Source of the DNA: a phage
Reading direction: 5' to 3' (one strand)
Length of the DNA: 64,000 bases
Assembly (NCBI GenBank): GCA_038450185.1
Contig: GCA_038450185.1_4765.1
In this document: one piece after another, positions 1 to 7,896 of the stretch
How the letters are laid out: each line of letters begins with the position of its first letter
How positions within the stretch are numbered: the stretch's first letter is position 1
Translations under genes and position numbers: made by a program
The notes under the pieces: model-generated
Database searches by the model: none
Seen by the model: the letters and a program-made list of their open reading frames with translations, nothing else
What the model was told of the DNA's origin: nothing

Positions 1-97
1 TTTACTTGATAGTGGGTTATCTGCTGCTGGTAATGCTTTATCGCGTCTAAATGGCGTTGGTGGGCGTGTGGTGAATACTGTCACTAACTGGTTCTGA
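1..97 (+). CDS. partial CDS, 3' end only (about 31 codons ending ...VTNWF, stop TGA)
   Basis: Open frame from window edge to TGA at about 95-97; convergent with the minus-strand alt cluster; T4 synteny would put a late structural gene here, identity not established. Confidence 0.3.
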   Translation, partial: LLDSGLSAAGNALSRLNGVGGRVVNTVTNWF

Positions 98-106
98 TAA
101 GCGAAA

Positions 107-131
107 GGCGGGGATTATCCCCCGCCTTTTT
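107..131. terminator. bidirectional intrinsic terminator hairpin
   Basis: GGCGGGG-loop-CCCCGCC stem flanked by A-run and T-run, between convergent genes. Confidence 0.55.
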
Positions 132-615
132 ATTTTGCTAAATCATTGCAATATTTTAGTGCCTTAGTTTGAAATTCTGCGCTGTTAAGTTCTTCATAAC
201 GGTCATAATCACCGTTTAATGCTGCCTTTCTTGCTTCTTGCTCTATCTGTATGTCAGACATGATAATACAGCGATCCCGTGCTTTCATCTTCTCAAGTTG
301 TATAGACTCTTCTTTCTGCTTGCGCAATTCTTCTTGACGCTTCTTTTCTTCTTGTGCTTTCTCTTCCCGCGCTTCTTTGATTGCATCCTTGAACATCTGC
401 GTTTGTGGTGCTAAACCAACTTTAACGCGATCCACGTCTCGACGTTCCATTTTAGAAATAAAGCACGATTCGATCTGATCATCACTTGCATATGCTGCTT
501 TACATTCACGAAGCAAGAAAACCGGATCTGATTTAGCATTCATCATAGCTTCCATGTTGGCACAACCAGTAAGCATGAATGCAGCCGCAAGACCAATCAG
601 TTTAATCATTTTCAT
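130..615 (-). CDS. lipoprotein with K/E-rich coiled-coil region (161 aa)
   Basis: N-terminal signal peptide with lipobox LTGC; 4-nt start/stop overlap with upstream ORF. Confidence 0.55.
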   Translation of the reverse strand: MKMIKLIGLAAAFMLTGCANMEAMMNAKSDPVFLLRECKAAYASDDQIESCFISKMERRDVDRVKVGLAPQTQMFKDAIKEAREEKAQEEKKRQEELRKQKEESIQLEKMKARDRCIIMSDIQIEQEARKAALNGDYDRYEELNSAEFQTKALKYCNDLAK

Positions 616-1436
616 TTAGTCACCTCACCGAAAATTGTAAATTGTCTACGATTCTCATCGCCGAAAGATTCTACTACGTCGTTTACCTTGACGCAAGTCC
701 CGCGCGGTAAAATTACTTCACATTCGCAAGGGTTCCATGCAATTGACCCAACAACAAAACCTTTATGATCTTTTACGTCAATTACCCATGATACATTACA
801 AGAATGTTGCATCTTTCCGGTCATTGATTCATATCGATTCTCACAATAAAGGCTAGTGCTGTTTGATAGCCATCCTCCAAAGATGATCGGTGTCATGCTG
901 GTCGATACAAAGTTTTTAAAGGTAAACTCCTTATCTTCAATGATGCGCTCTATTGTCTGAATGTCAAGATGTTGACCGCGATAAAGAGTACCGTTTAACT
1001 TTTCGGTTTTATCCATGACGCAATCCATCAAATCGACAATCTCTGATATCTCATCGGTCATGTCTTCTTCCCCTAAGAGAGCACCATTTACCCATTCGTA
1101 TTGTTCAGATACATAATCACAGATTGCATTATATTCTGCTGGGGTTATGTTGTTATGTTTGTAATGTTTGAATACATTATCTCCAAAGTCTTCGGAGTGT
1201 ACTTCATACATCACATTAATGATTTTCTTGACAAATCCATAATCTTGTGTCTCACGCTCAAGGAAGCGGATAACCTTCACATAATCATCAAAGTTAATCT
1301 GATCGCTGATCATCTCAGTGATCATGTAACCATTAATCCCCTCAATGTCATATGTTTCAATATAATTGTCCATACGTTCCATCATTGATTCGCGTGATTC
1401 TTCTGAAAGACGAAAATCCTGTAATTGTTTGAACAT
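612..1436 (-). CDS. ADP-ribosyltransferase-like protein, paralog of the Alt catalytic region
   Basis: R-S-E-type motifs LYRGQ, FVSTS, CECEVILPRG parallel to those in the adjacent 683-aa Alt-like ORF. Confidence 0.55.
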   Translation of the reverse strand: MFKQLQDFRLSEESRESMMERMDNYIETYDIEGINGYMITEMISDQINFDDYVKVIRFLERETQDYGFVKKIINVMYEVHSEDFGDNVFKHYKHNNITPAEYNAICDYVSEQYEWVNGALLGEEDMTDEISEIVDLMDCVMDKTEKLNGTLYRGQHLDIQTIERIIEDKEFTFKNFVSTSMTPIIFGGWLSNSTSLYCENRYESMTGKMQHSCNVSWVIDVKDHKGFVVGSIAWNPCECEVILPRGTCVKVNDVVESFGDENRRQFTIFGEVTK

Positions 1437-1460
1437 TTTAAACCTCCCATATAACAGAAA

Positions 1461-1494
1461 ACGGGGGCTAGTATAAAACTAGTCCCCGTTTGAG
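1461..1494 (-). terminator. hairpin terminator downstream of alt
   Basis: Inverted repeat AAACGGGG..ACTAG/CTAGT..CCCCGTTT followed by T-rich tract on the minus strand. Confidence 0.45.
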
Positions 1495-1515
1495 TCAACC
1501 ATTATTTCTTAAAAA

Positions 1516-3567
1516 TTACATTTTAAATTTATCTGGCATTGCGTCTACAGATACCAGATCAGCGATAAGCTGACGTAGAGTTGCCTTATCTGCTTTCTTA
1601 CGTTCGGTTTTAGCTTCGGTAATAAAGCTGGAGAAAGACAGGTCAGAAGCAGGTTTAACAACACCTTCACGGATGAATGCATCACCGTCCGCGATCATCT
1701 CGCCAGATTCTTGTAATGCTGCCAGTTCATTTTTGTTCATAATATGTGCCTCAATGTAATAAGTTTCTTGTGAATCCGTCGATGCCGTAGCACGAGTTAC
1801 CGTATCAAAGGATAACACAACACCGCGAGGAAGTAAAATCTCGCATTCTTTGTAAGCAAATGCTTTGTTACCTACTGGCAATACAGGGATGTTTTCCGCG
1901 CCAGCAATGGAGAAAGCAACATTAGCGCCACCTTCACCGCGAGAGCCAGCCATAGAATCAACACCAGCAACGGCACTAGCCACGTTTGCATTCCAGCCGC
2001 CAAAAATGTTAGGTGCAAGGGAAGTGCTCACATAGTTTTTAAAGTAAAACGCTTTTTGCTTACGTGCAGTTTCCCACATTTGAGACCGGAAGTCCATACC
2101 ACGATACAGAATAGTACCCGGATCAAGTTTAACACCATAGTTAGAGAAGGCATTATCCAGTGCATCGCACATCTTGACCAATTCTTCTGGATCTGCGATA
2201 CCATCAAATTCTTCCAGCTTACGGTCGGTTAGGAAGTTGTTCATATTGATGTATGCTGCATCCGCATATTCGCTCAACACAAAACCTTCCGCACCTGGCA
2301 GATCAAGATCAATATCTGCCATCATTTCACCCATGTTGCTAGCAATTGCTTCAAACATACCGGAAGCAACATTACGTAGGGCATCGGTTTTAATCTGGGT
2401 GATATGACTACGCAGCATTTCAGCTTTTACATCTGCTGGCATAGACTGGTCTACTCGATCCATTGCCAGGGCGGTGATCTTGTTTTCGAATACTTCCTCG
2501 CTCATGATTTCTTTTAAGCGTTTGATTGATGCTGCGATAACTTCCGCAGACAACGGATCATATTGATCCTGAACTTTTACCAGTTCGCTTACTGCGTATT
2601 TTGCATCGGCTTCGCTTTCAAAAATAGTACGCATGAAACCATAGCGAGTGATAATATCACTTGTCCAGTCATTCAGAGAACGGGCGGTTGAACGTTCTAA
2701 GGCTTGACGGTCAATCAGAGTATTAAACTGTTTCTTAGGTTCGGCTTCGGTGATATCTTCTTCCGGTTTAAGATTAATTTTTTCTGGATGATTCACATAG
2801 TCGCTGTTATAGGTCGCTTGAGTTTTCAGCATTTCTTCTTTAGTCAAACGAGATTTAGCCGCTACGCGTTGTTCCGCTTCCGCGTTTCGTTCTTCTTCTG
2901 ACACAAGACTAGCCGCATACGCCTCATCTTTAGTCAGAGATTCACCAGTAGCCTTAGATACCCAGCGATCACCTAAATCACTTTCTACTTTAGTGAACAA
3001 GGATTCATCAAGTTTAATCCCTTTAATCTTATCAATCGCCATCCCGCGACGCTTGACAACAACTAAAGCGATCTTTTTGCTGGTCATTACTTCCTGCTGG
3101 AATACTTCAAACTTCGGTGTACGACGCACCAAACGCTCTATAACGCGCTTAACCAGTTCGGTCTTACCTTTCATGCGGGATACGTTAAAACGGAACATAA
3201 CAGCGTCTAATTGCGCTTTACGGGCTGTTTCCATAACCACATCAAAAGCACTTGACATAACTGCAATCGGGTTATCGCCTAGACCATTTTTAAGCTGTAC
3301 AATACGACCGCTTTTGTTCATTTCGCACAGTACAACATGTGCGGTCTTGTCACCCATACGAATGATTTTAGGTGTTTTGTTGGTGAAGTTACAAAGACGG
3401 ACAATCACATCTTTATCGCGTGTCTGTACTGCAAAAAGCTGTTTAGGATTCTGCTTAGGCTTTAAGCACTGTACCGGAGCAATACTGCCAAAGTTTTCTT
3501 CCTCTTCCGTCAACAGCCATTTCTCGAAAGATTCAATCATTAGATCGTCGATTTCTAAGTTAAACAT
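1516..3567 (-). CDS. alt: ADP-ribosyltransferase Alt (virion internal protein)
   Basis: 683 aa, close to the recalled T4 Alt length (682 aa); motifs ILYRGMDFRS, YVSTS, KECEILLPRG; position next to the ligase region as in T4. Confidence 0.7.
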   Translation of the reverse strand: MFNLEIDDLMIESFEKWLLTEEEENFGSIAPVQCLKPKQNPKQLFAVQTRDKDVIVRLCNFTNKTPKIIRMGDKTAHVVLCEMNKSGRIVQLKNGLGDNPIAVMSSAFDVVMETARKAQLDAVMFRFNVSRMKGKTELVKRVIERLVRRTPKFEVFQQEVMTSKKIALVVVKRRGMAIDKIKGIKLDESLFTKVESDLGDRWVSKATGESLTKDEAYAASLVSEEERNAEAEQRVAAKSRLTKEEMLKTQATYNSDYVNHPEKINLKPEEDITEAEPKKQFNTLIDRQALERSTARSLNDWTSDIITRYGFMRTIFESEADAKYAVSELVKVQDQYDPLSAEVIAASIKRLKEIMSEEVFENKITALAMDRVDQSMPADVKAEMLRSHITQIKTDALRNVASGMFEAIASNMGEMMADIDLDLPGAEGFVLSEYADAAYINMNNFLTDRKLEEFDGIADPEELVKMCDALDNAFSNYGVKLDPGTILYRGMDFRSQMWETARKQKAFYFKNYVSTSLAPNIFGGWNANVASAVAGVDSMAGSRGEGGANVAFSIAGAENIPVLPVGNKAFAYKECEILLPRGVVLSFDTVTRATASTDSQETYYIEAHIMNKNELAALQESGEMIADGDAFIREGVVKPASDLSFSSFITEAKTERKKADKATLRQLIADLVSVDAMPDKFKM

Positions 3568-3611
3568 TTTATATCCTCTAGTTGATAACCTATAAACCTA
3601 TATTTATGAAA

Positions 3612-3635
3612 ACGGGGCTTAACGCCCCCTTTTTA
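3612..3635 (-). terminator. hairpin terminator
   Basis: GGGGCTTAACGCCCC stem-loop with flanking T-run. Confidence 0.45.
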
Positions 3636-3848
3636 TTATAATGCACCATCAAGCAATTGCTCTAAGGTGTATCCTGAATAGTCTTTTTCAATCAGGATAT
3701 ATTTTCCTACTCGTTTAATACAACCACGCATTTCAACGTATTCTGCGTAGTTGATGGTACGAGTTGTTCCATCTTCCAGTAATGCAGTACCGATTTCGTT
3801 AATGCGGTCATAAGTTACGTCGGTAATGATGATTTCGATGTTAGCCAT
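3636..3848 (-). CDS. hypothetical small early protein (70 aa from ATG)
   Basis: Track ORF 3636..3899 starts at an upstream GTG inside the promoter; internal ATG is preceded by AAGGAG. Confidence 0.5.
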   Translation of the reverse strand: MANIEIIITDVTYDRINEIGTALLEDGTTRTINYAEYVEMRGCIKRVGKYILIEKDYSGYTLEQLLDGAL

Positions 3849-3884
3849 TTGATACTCCTTAGTAGTTCGTTTCGGTATGTGTGC

Positions 3885-3913
3885 ATTATAGGGGATCACC
3901 GATCCCCTGTCAA
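3885..3913 (-). promoter_or_regulatory. sigma70-type early promoter, TTGACA-17-TATAAT, palindromic spacer
   Basis: -35 TTGACA and -10 TATAAT read on the minus strand; spacer GGGGATCACCGATCCCC. Confidence 0.6.
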
Positions 3914-3920
3914 CAACTTT

Positions 3921-4475
3921 TTAGTTATTTTTTAATTGTTCATCTTGCAATAATGCAATCACATGCTGGCGATGTTCTTCCGATTGAGGTACACCGAAAA
4001 AGTTTGTTTTGTAGAAATACTCTAATCGGTCTTCTCGTGTGCTCTCTTCCATCATGATCGCGGGTAGTCCGAGATTTCGGAAACGTCGCTTTTCTGCTGG
4101 CGTAAAATCACTGTAATACAACATAGAATCATCATTACAAGCAATGCTAAACTCATCCTTCATAAAGGAGAATATTGCGTTTAAACGCTGTTTACCGTCC
4201 ACGATTTCGATCTCATAGCGAGAGCCATCATCAATCTTAGCCATTGCGATAGCACCAACCGGAAAATCATTAATCAGGTTTTCGATAAACATACGTTTGT
4301 TTTCGGTGTCCCATACTAAAGGACGCTGATAATCTGGGTTCATGTTGATATAGCCATCTTCTAACCATGCTTCGTAAACAGAGATGACAAAGTTTTTAGT
4401 ATTGGTATAGTAACGGCGTTTAGGCGTTAAACGGTTCATGTTATAGTCTCCTGAATGGATCATCACGTAAATCAA
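3921..4475 (-). CDS. DUF262 (ParB-like, GmrS-type) domain protein
   Basis: Motifs PDYQRPLVW and IVDGKQRLNA typical of the DUF262 N-terminal domain of GmrSD-type enzymes; alternative ATG at about 4439 right after the upstream stop. Confidence 0.6.
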   Translation of the reverse strand: MIYVMIHSGDYNMNRLTPKRRYYTNTKNFVISVYEAWLEDGYINMNPDYQRPLVWDTENKRMFIENLINDFPVGAIAMAKIDDGSRYEIEIVDGKQRLNAIFSFMKDEFSIACNDDSMLYYSDFTPAEKRRFRNLGLPAIMMEESTREDRLEYFYKTNFFGVPQSEEHRQHVIALLQDEQLKNN

Positions 4476-4773
4476 TATCTTTTAAGAACTCATCCCATGA
4501 ATGGCGGATATTGTTCTTAATTCTCCAGATGAGCGCAGGGATTGAACGCTCTCCCATCTGGAAGTATGGATCATATGATCCGTATGCCCAATATGCTACT
4601 ACAATTCCACAATCAGAGCAATAGTATTCTATTTCACTTGCTGGCGACCAAAGTCCATCAATATGATCGGTGATCTTGCTTTCGATGTTATGGCTATGGC
4701 AATCAGGGCAACGGATGCAATGACCTTGTTTGTCGTAATTTGACGTTAGAGAATACTTAAACAATCTCATCAT
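4441..4773 (-). CDS. Cys/His-rich zinc-binding protein (110 aa)
   Basis: CxxC..CxH and CxxC clusters; translationally coupled to both neighbours. Confidence 0.45.
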   Translation of the reverse strand: MMRLFKYSLTSNYDKQGHCIRCPDCHSHNIESKITDHIDGLWSPASEIEYYCSDCGIVVAYWAYGSYDPYFQMGERSIPALIWRIKNNIRHSWDEFLKDIDLRDDPFRRL

Positions 4774-5486
4774 AGATCCTTATTGGCTTCAAATACTGCC
4801 TTTGCGAATCCTCGCGGGGTAAGCGACCTGATAGTCTTTGTTCTGGTTCCTTTCCCGCCTAGCTTAGAATGCTGTTTACTGTACCCTTTATTAATCTGCA
4901 AAGGTTTCTTTTCTGGCATTATAAAGCCTTGTCCGGTCCATAAGCAAGTCTTTTTTGGGTACATATCACGGGCGGCAATATACTCAGGAAACGTAGGATG
5001 CTTATCATCTTCCGGCAAATAACCGCCATATTCCCACGGATGGAACATATAATCAGGCTTACGCCACATGCTAGAGATAACGCTTACAGGATTCTCTATC
5101 ATGTAGGGAACTCCTAGCCATTCACCCAAATAAGCGGTTATTTTAGCTGCCCGTACATCATGAACTTGAATCAATGGTCCTTGTCCTCGTTTCTTTCGTT
5201 CAAAGTGCGCAGCGCCACTAACAGCTAAATTGGTGCACGGTGGGAATGCAAAGATAATATCCGGTTTCCCCCATTCAAGGTCCATTGCTCTTTCCAGCCA
5301 ATTCAAATCAATCCATGTGTTTACATAAGTAATGTTTGGATGTTCAAATCGGGTATTATACTTTTTGTATGTGCCGTGATCGCCATCGTCAGCATTAAAG
5401 CAGATCACCTTATGACCTTCTTTAGCCCATTCTAGCCCCATTATCCCCGATCCGTCAAAGTTGCAGAATATTAATTTTTGTTTCAT
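4770..5486 (-). CDS. compact C5-cytosine-methyltransferase-like protein (238 aa)
   Basis: Motif I-like FCNFDGSGIMG, motif IV-like IFAFPPCTNLAVSGA (Pro-Cys), motif VI-like ENPVSV, possible motif IX RSLTPRGFAKA; too short to hold a normal target recognition domain. Confidence 0.5.
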   Translation of the reverse strand: MKQKLIFCNFDGSGIMGLEWAKEGHKVICFNADDGDHGTYKKYNTRFEHPNITYVNTWIDLNWLERAMDLEWGKPDIIFAFPPCTNLAVSGAAHFERKKRGQGPLIQVHDVRAAKITAYLGEWLGVPYMIENPVSVISSMWRKPDYMFHPWEYGGYLPEDDKHPTFPEYIAARDMYPKKTCLWTGQGFIMPEKKPLQINKGYSKQHSKLGGKGTRTKTIRSLTPRGFAKAVFEANKDL

Positions 5487-5728
5487 ATACGCCCCTTTAA
5501 TCCAACACAGATTTTAGAAGGTTCTTTGCCGTGCCACATTAAGTAAAGTCCGTTAATGCGGCCTTGTTTTGTATATGATTCTTTTCTGATCTTCTTATAG
5601 TGTCGTGTTTCCTCAACTGATTGTTTAGAATACCAATCATAAAGGAAGAGGCACAAAGGCCAACCATTAGCGGCCTTAATGCAGTTATTAAGAAATTCCT
5701 TATTGCGTTTAATTAATTTTCTTTTCAC
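5483..5728 (-). CDS. hypothetical protein (81 aa), operon member
   Basis: 4-nt overlap with both neighbours. Confidence 0.45.
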   Translation of the reverse strand: MKRKLIKRNKEFLNNCIKAANGWPLCLFLYDWYSKQSVEETRHYKKIRKESYTKQGRINGLYLMWHGKEPSKICVGLKGRI

Positions 5729-5976
5729 GCTGCCCCCATTGGTTTGATAGTAACAGAATCTAAAAGACCTTTGTTAGCCAGTTCGCGGCAAGTTTTCAGA
5801 TCCGCAACTTCCCAGCCAGCCGCAATCAGGTTGTCAATGAGGCTGTTAGCAACTTCTTCGCTCATGAAAGAGCACTGTTTGCCGATGGTGTAGCGTACAC
5901 GCTGTAATTTCAGTTTACGGAAGCCTTTAACGTTCAGGTCTTTAGCGATTTTCTTTGCGGTTTCGATGTTAGCCAT
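5725..5976 (-). CDS. hypothetical protein (83 aa), first gene of operon
   Basis: ORF behind the promoter at about 6017-6045. Confidence 0.5.
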   Translation of the reverse strand: MANIETAKKIAKDLNVKGFRKLKLQRVRYTIGKQCSFMSEEVANSLIDNLIAAGWEVADLKTCRELANKGLLDSVTIKPMGAA

Positions 5977-6016
5977 TGTTTGATTCTCCTAAGTGGTATC
6001 TCGTCTTGATGGTTGT

Positions 6017-6045
6017 ATTGTAGGGGAGTTATCCTCCCCTGTCAA
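6017..6045 (-). promoter_or_regulatory. sigma70-type early promoter, TTGACA-17-TACAAT
   Basis: Spacer GGGGAGGATAACTCCCC is an imperfect palindrome. Confidence 0.5.
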
Positions 6046-6059
6046 CACTTTTTATAAAA

Positions 6060-6227
6060 TTATTTGTTAATTTCTGGTGCGTTGCTCGGATAGTAACCTT
6101 CTTTAACACCCAGATATTTTGCAACCATCCCTACAATCTTCTGTGCTACTACAATGTCAAATTTCAGATAATCTTCGCCGTGGGTTTCAATGATATATGC
6201 TTCACATGCTGCTTTAGTCTCGAACAT
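6060..6227 (-). CDS. hypothetical small protein (55 aa), paralog of 9803..9970
   Basis: C-terminus HGEDYLKFDIVVAQKIVGMVAKYLGVKEGYYPSNAPEINK nearly identical to the second copy; track start is upstream of the promoter. Confidence 0.55.
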   Translation of the reverse strand: MFETKAACEAYIIETHGEDYLKFDIVVAQKIVGMVAKYLGVKEGYYPSNAPEINK

Positions 6228-6260
6228 TTTGATTCTCCTATTTCGTTTCGTTATGTGTGT

Positions 6261-6290
6261 ATTATAGGGGATCGGTGATCCCCTTGTCAA
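6261..6290 (-). promoter_or_regulatory. sigma70-type early promoter, TTGACA / TATAAT
   Basis: Spacer palindrome GGGGATCGGTGATCCCC. Confidence 0.55.
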
Positions 6291-6305
6291 CAACTTTTTT
6301 TAAAA

Positions 6306-6587
6306 TTATTCGTGATTAGTTTCGATGTTGTGCATTTTGCACCAGTTCAGCCAGTCGCCCAGATCTTGATAGTTGATGCTTTTATCTGCTGCCATCGTTT
6401 TTGTCTTGATACCCATATGTGCGTTATGAGTAAGCATTTTTACAGTGAACTCGATTTTATCGCCTTTAGCTTTAACATCAACCAGTTTGGTCCACTGGCT
6501 ACCAGCGCCGCGAATGTTCATACCAACGATGTTTCCGATGTATGCTTCTTTGTTTTTCAGGATTTCGGTTGCTTTGATGAATTTCAT
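6306..6587 (-). CDS. hypothetical early protein (93 aa)
   Basis: ORF behind its own promoter. Confidence 0.5.
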   Translation of the reverse strand: MKFIKATEILKNKEAYIGNIVGMNIRGAGSQWTKLVDVKAKGDKIEFTVKMLTHNAHMGIKTKTMAADKSINYQDLGDWLNWCKMHNIETNHE

Positions 6588-6620
6588 TTTTGGTTCTCCA
6601 GTTCGTTTCGGTATGGGTGT

Positions 6621-6649
6621 ATTATGCTATGTTCTTACTTTGGTGTCAA
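6621..6649 (-). promoter_or_regulatory. sigma70-type early promoter, TTGACA-17-CATAAT
   Basis: -35 and -10 hexamers on the minus strand. Confidence 0.5.
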
Positions 6650-6657
6650 CAACTTTT

Positions 6658-6927
6658 TTAGATATTTTCAGAAATAAATTTTAAAACTTGACGTAAATGT
6701 TTCTCATCTTTGATAGTCGCCGGAAGTTCTTCTTTTACTTCCTGTGCAAGATAGATATTTCCGTTCCAAGTGAAAGATCCGTCTTCGTTTACGCGATAGC
6801 TGAACATCCACTCGCAATCATTTTCGATTTCATATACACACAGAAGGGTGTAATCGTTAAAGCTAGTGATTTCAAGGTCGAAGCCGTGACGTTTTGCAAA
6901 GTTGGTAGTGGTTTTAGTCAGAGCCAT
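6658..6927 (-). CDS. hypothetical early protein (89 aa)
   Basis: ORF behind its own promoter. Confidence 0.5.
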   Translation of the reverse strand: MALTKTTTNFAKRHGFDLEITSFNDYTLLCVYEIENDCEWMFSYRVNEDGSFTWNGNIYLAQEVKEELPATIKDEKHLRQVLKFISENI

Positions 6928-6967
6928 TGTTTGATTCTCCTAAGTGGTATCTCGTTTCGATGTGTGT

Positions 6968-6996
6968 ATTATGCTATAGGCCGGATCTGGTGTCAA
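6968..6996 (-). promoter_or_regulatory. sigma70-type early promoter, TTGACA-17-CATAAT
   Basis: -35 and -10 hexamers on the minus strand. Confidence 0.5.
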
Positions 6997-7002
6997 TGCC
7001 TT

Positions 7003-7030
7003 TTTTAAAAAAGCCGACACTAAGGTCGGC
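7003..7030 (-). terminator. hairpin terminator
   Basis: GCCGAC-loop-GTCGGC followed by T-run on the minus strand. Confidence 0.5.
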
Positions 7031-7231
7031 ACATTTTAAAAATTCTTGCTATATATGCAAGCCTCATAATCTAGAGGATGACCGCCAATCCTACCCGGCT
7101 TAATATTCCAACCGCATCGATATTTGCTGACCATGCTAACAGTTTCGGTTCTTAGAGCATTTCTTTGCAAATCATACCCCCTAAATTCTTGTCTATAAGG
7201 ACAGTCCGCTTTGCAAGTTGGCGGTTCTACG

Positions 7232-7423
7232 TCATTTAGAGGGTCGGAAGCAGTTGGCTTTATTATCAATTCTTTGTTTGCAATAATCATAAGCACATCC
7301 CATTGAAGACAATTTAACATCTTCGCAATAAGTGTTGAATCCGTCAAATACAATCACTTCGTATTTGACTCCATCAGCGATAGCTTTTACTTTATACCAT
7401 CCATGCTTGTATAAAATCTTCAT
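7232..7423 (-). CDS. hypothetical Cys-rich small protein (63 aa)
   Basis: ATG preceded by GAGGAAAT; behind promoter at about 7456-7484. Confidence 0.45.
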   Translation of the reverse strand: MKILYKHGWYKVKAIADGVKYEVIVFDGFNTYCEDVKLSSMGCAYDYCKQRIDNKANCFRPSK

Positions 7424-7455
7424 CTTTATTTCCTCAATCTCGTTTCGATGGGTGT

Positions 7456-7484
7456 ATTATGCTATAGTCGTGATCTGGTGTCAA
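7456..7484 (-). promoter_or_regulatory. sigma70-type early promoter, TTGACA-17-CATAAT
   Basis: -35 and -10 hexamers on the minus strand. Confidence 0.5.
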
Positions 7485-7504
7485 TGCCTTTTTTAAAATT
7501 TTAT

Positions 7505-7536
7505 GCAATAAAAAAGCCGACACTAAGGTCGGCTAA
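7505..7536 (-). terminator. hairpin terminator
   Basis: GCCGAC-CTTAGTGT-GTCGGC followed by a T6 run on the minus strand. Confidence 0.5.
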
Positions 7537-7541
7537 TGAAA

Positions 7542-7847
7542 TCATTTAGACAAATAATCATTCTGTGCAATCCGGTCAGCATGTTCCGGCGTTACGTCAA
7601 TTGCAATCACTTTAACGCGCGCTTTCTTGACTGAATTTTCTCGTAGCCAGTGCGTGTGACCGTGCACATTTTTATACTTTGATGCTTTTTCGAAAGTACG
7701 GATCGGACCTGGGTAATCAGCGTAAAGGATCTCTAGGTCTTCTGTGATGTAAAAATATACATCATAATTACTGTTCTCTAGTTTAAGCAGAGACTTTCGG
7801 AACATTGGGAGATTTTCGCGGGTAAATTCAAAGATATTATCTTTCAT
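7542..7847 (-). CDS. small protein, HxHW paralog family member (101 aa)
   Basis: C-terminal HGHTHWL...VIAIDV motif shared with five nearby ORFs; trimmed to internal ATG. Confidence 0.55.
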   Translation of the reverse strand: MKDNIFEFTRENLPMFRKSLLKLENSNYDVYFYITEDLEILYADYPGPIRTFEKASKYKNVHGHTHWLRENSVKKARVKVIAIDVTPEHADRIAQNDYLSK

Positions 7848-7861
7848 AGTATTATCCTCAA

Positions 7862-7888
7862 TAGTTGGATGAAAAGGGGGCTTAACGC
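7862..7888 (-). terminator. intergenic hairpin (terminator or processing site)
   Basis: GGGGGCTTAACGCCCC stem-loop. Confidence 0.4.
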
Positions 7889-7896
7889 CCCGTATA

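Noticed and set aside
1101-1388. Plus-strand ORFs lying antisense inside minus-strand genes (e.g. 1101..1388, 2174..2407, 2993..3595, 6312..6677, 28302..28919, 46624..47214, 55293..55885)
   Set aside because: They overlap well-supported genes on the opposite strand, lack promoters or RBS, and have low-complexity translations; treated as frame artefacts
3636-3899. Long N-terminal extensions of several track ORFs (e.g. 3636..3899, 6060..6293, 9803..10006, 7542..7994, 26779..27840, 57138..57878)
   Set aside because: Extensions start at GTG/TTG codons and read through the gene's own -35/-10 promoter; trimmed to the internal ATG with a Shine-Dalgarno
7036-7353. Minus-strand ORF overlapping 7232..7423 in another frame
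   Set aside because: Only its 3' third is unique; the upstream part overlaps a promoter-proximal ORF with better start context; may encode a short peptide at most
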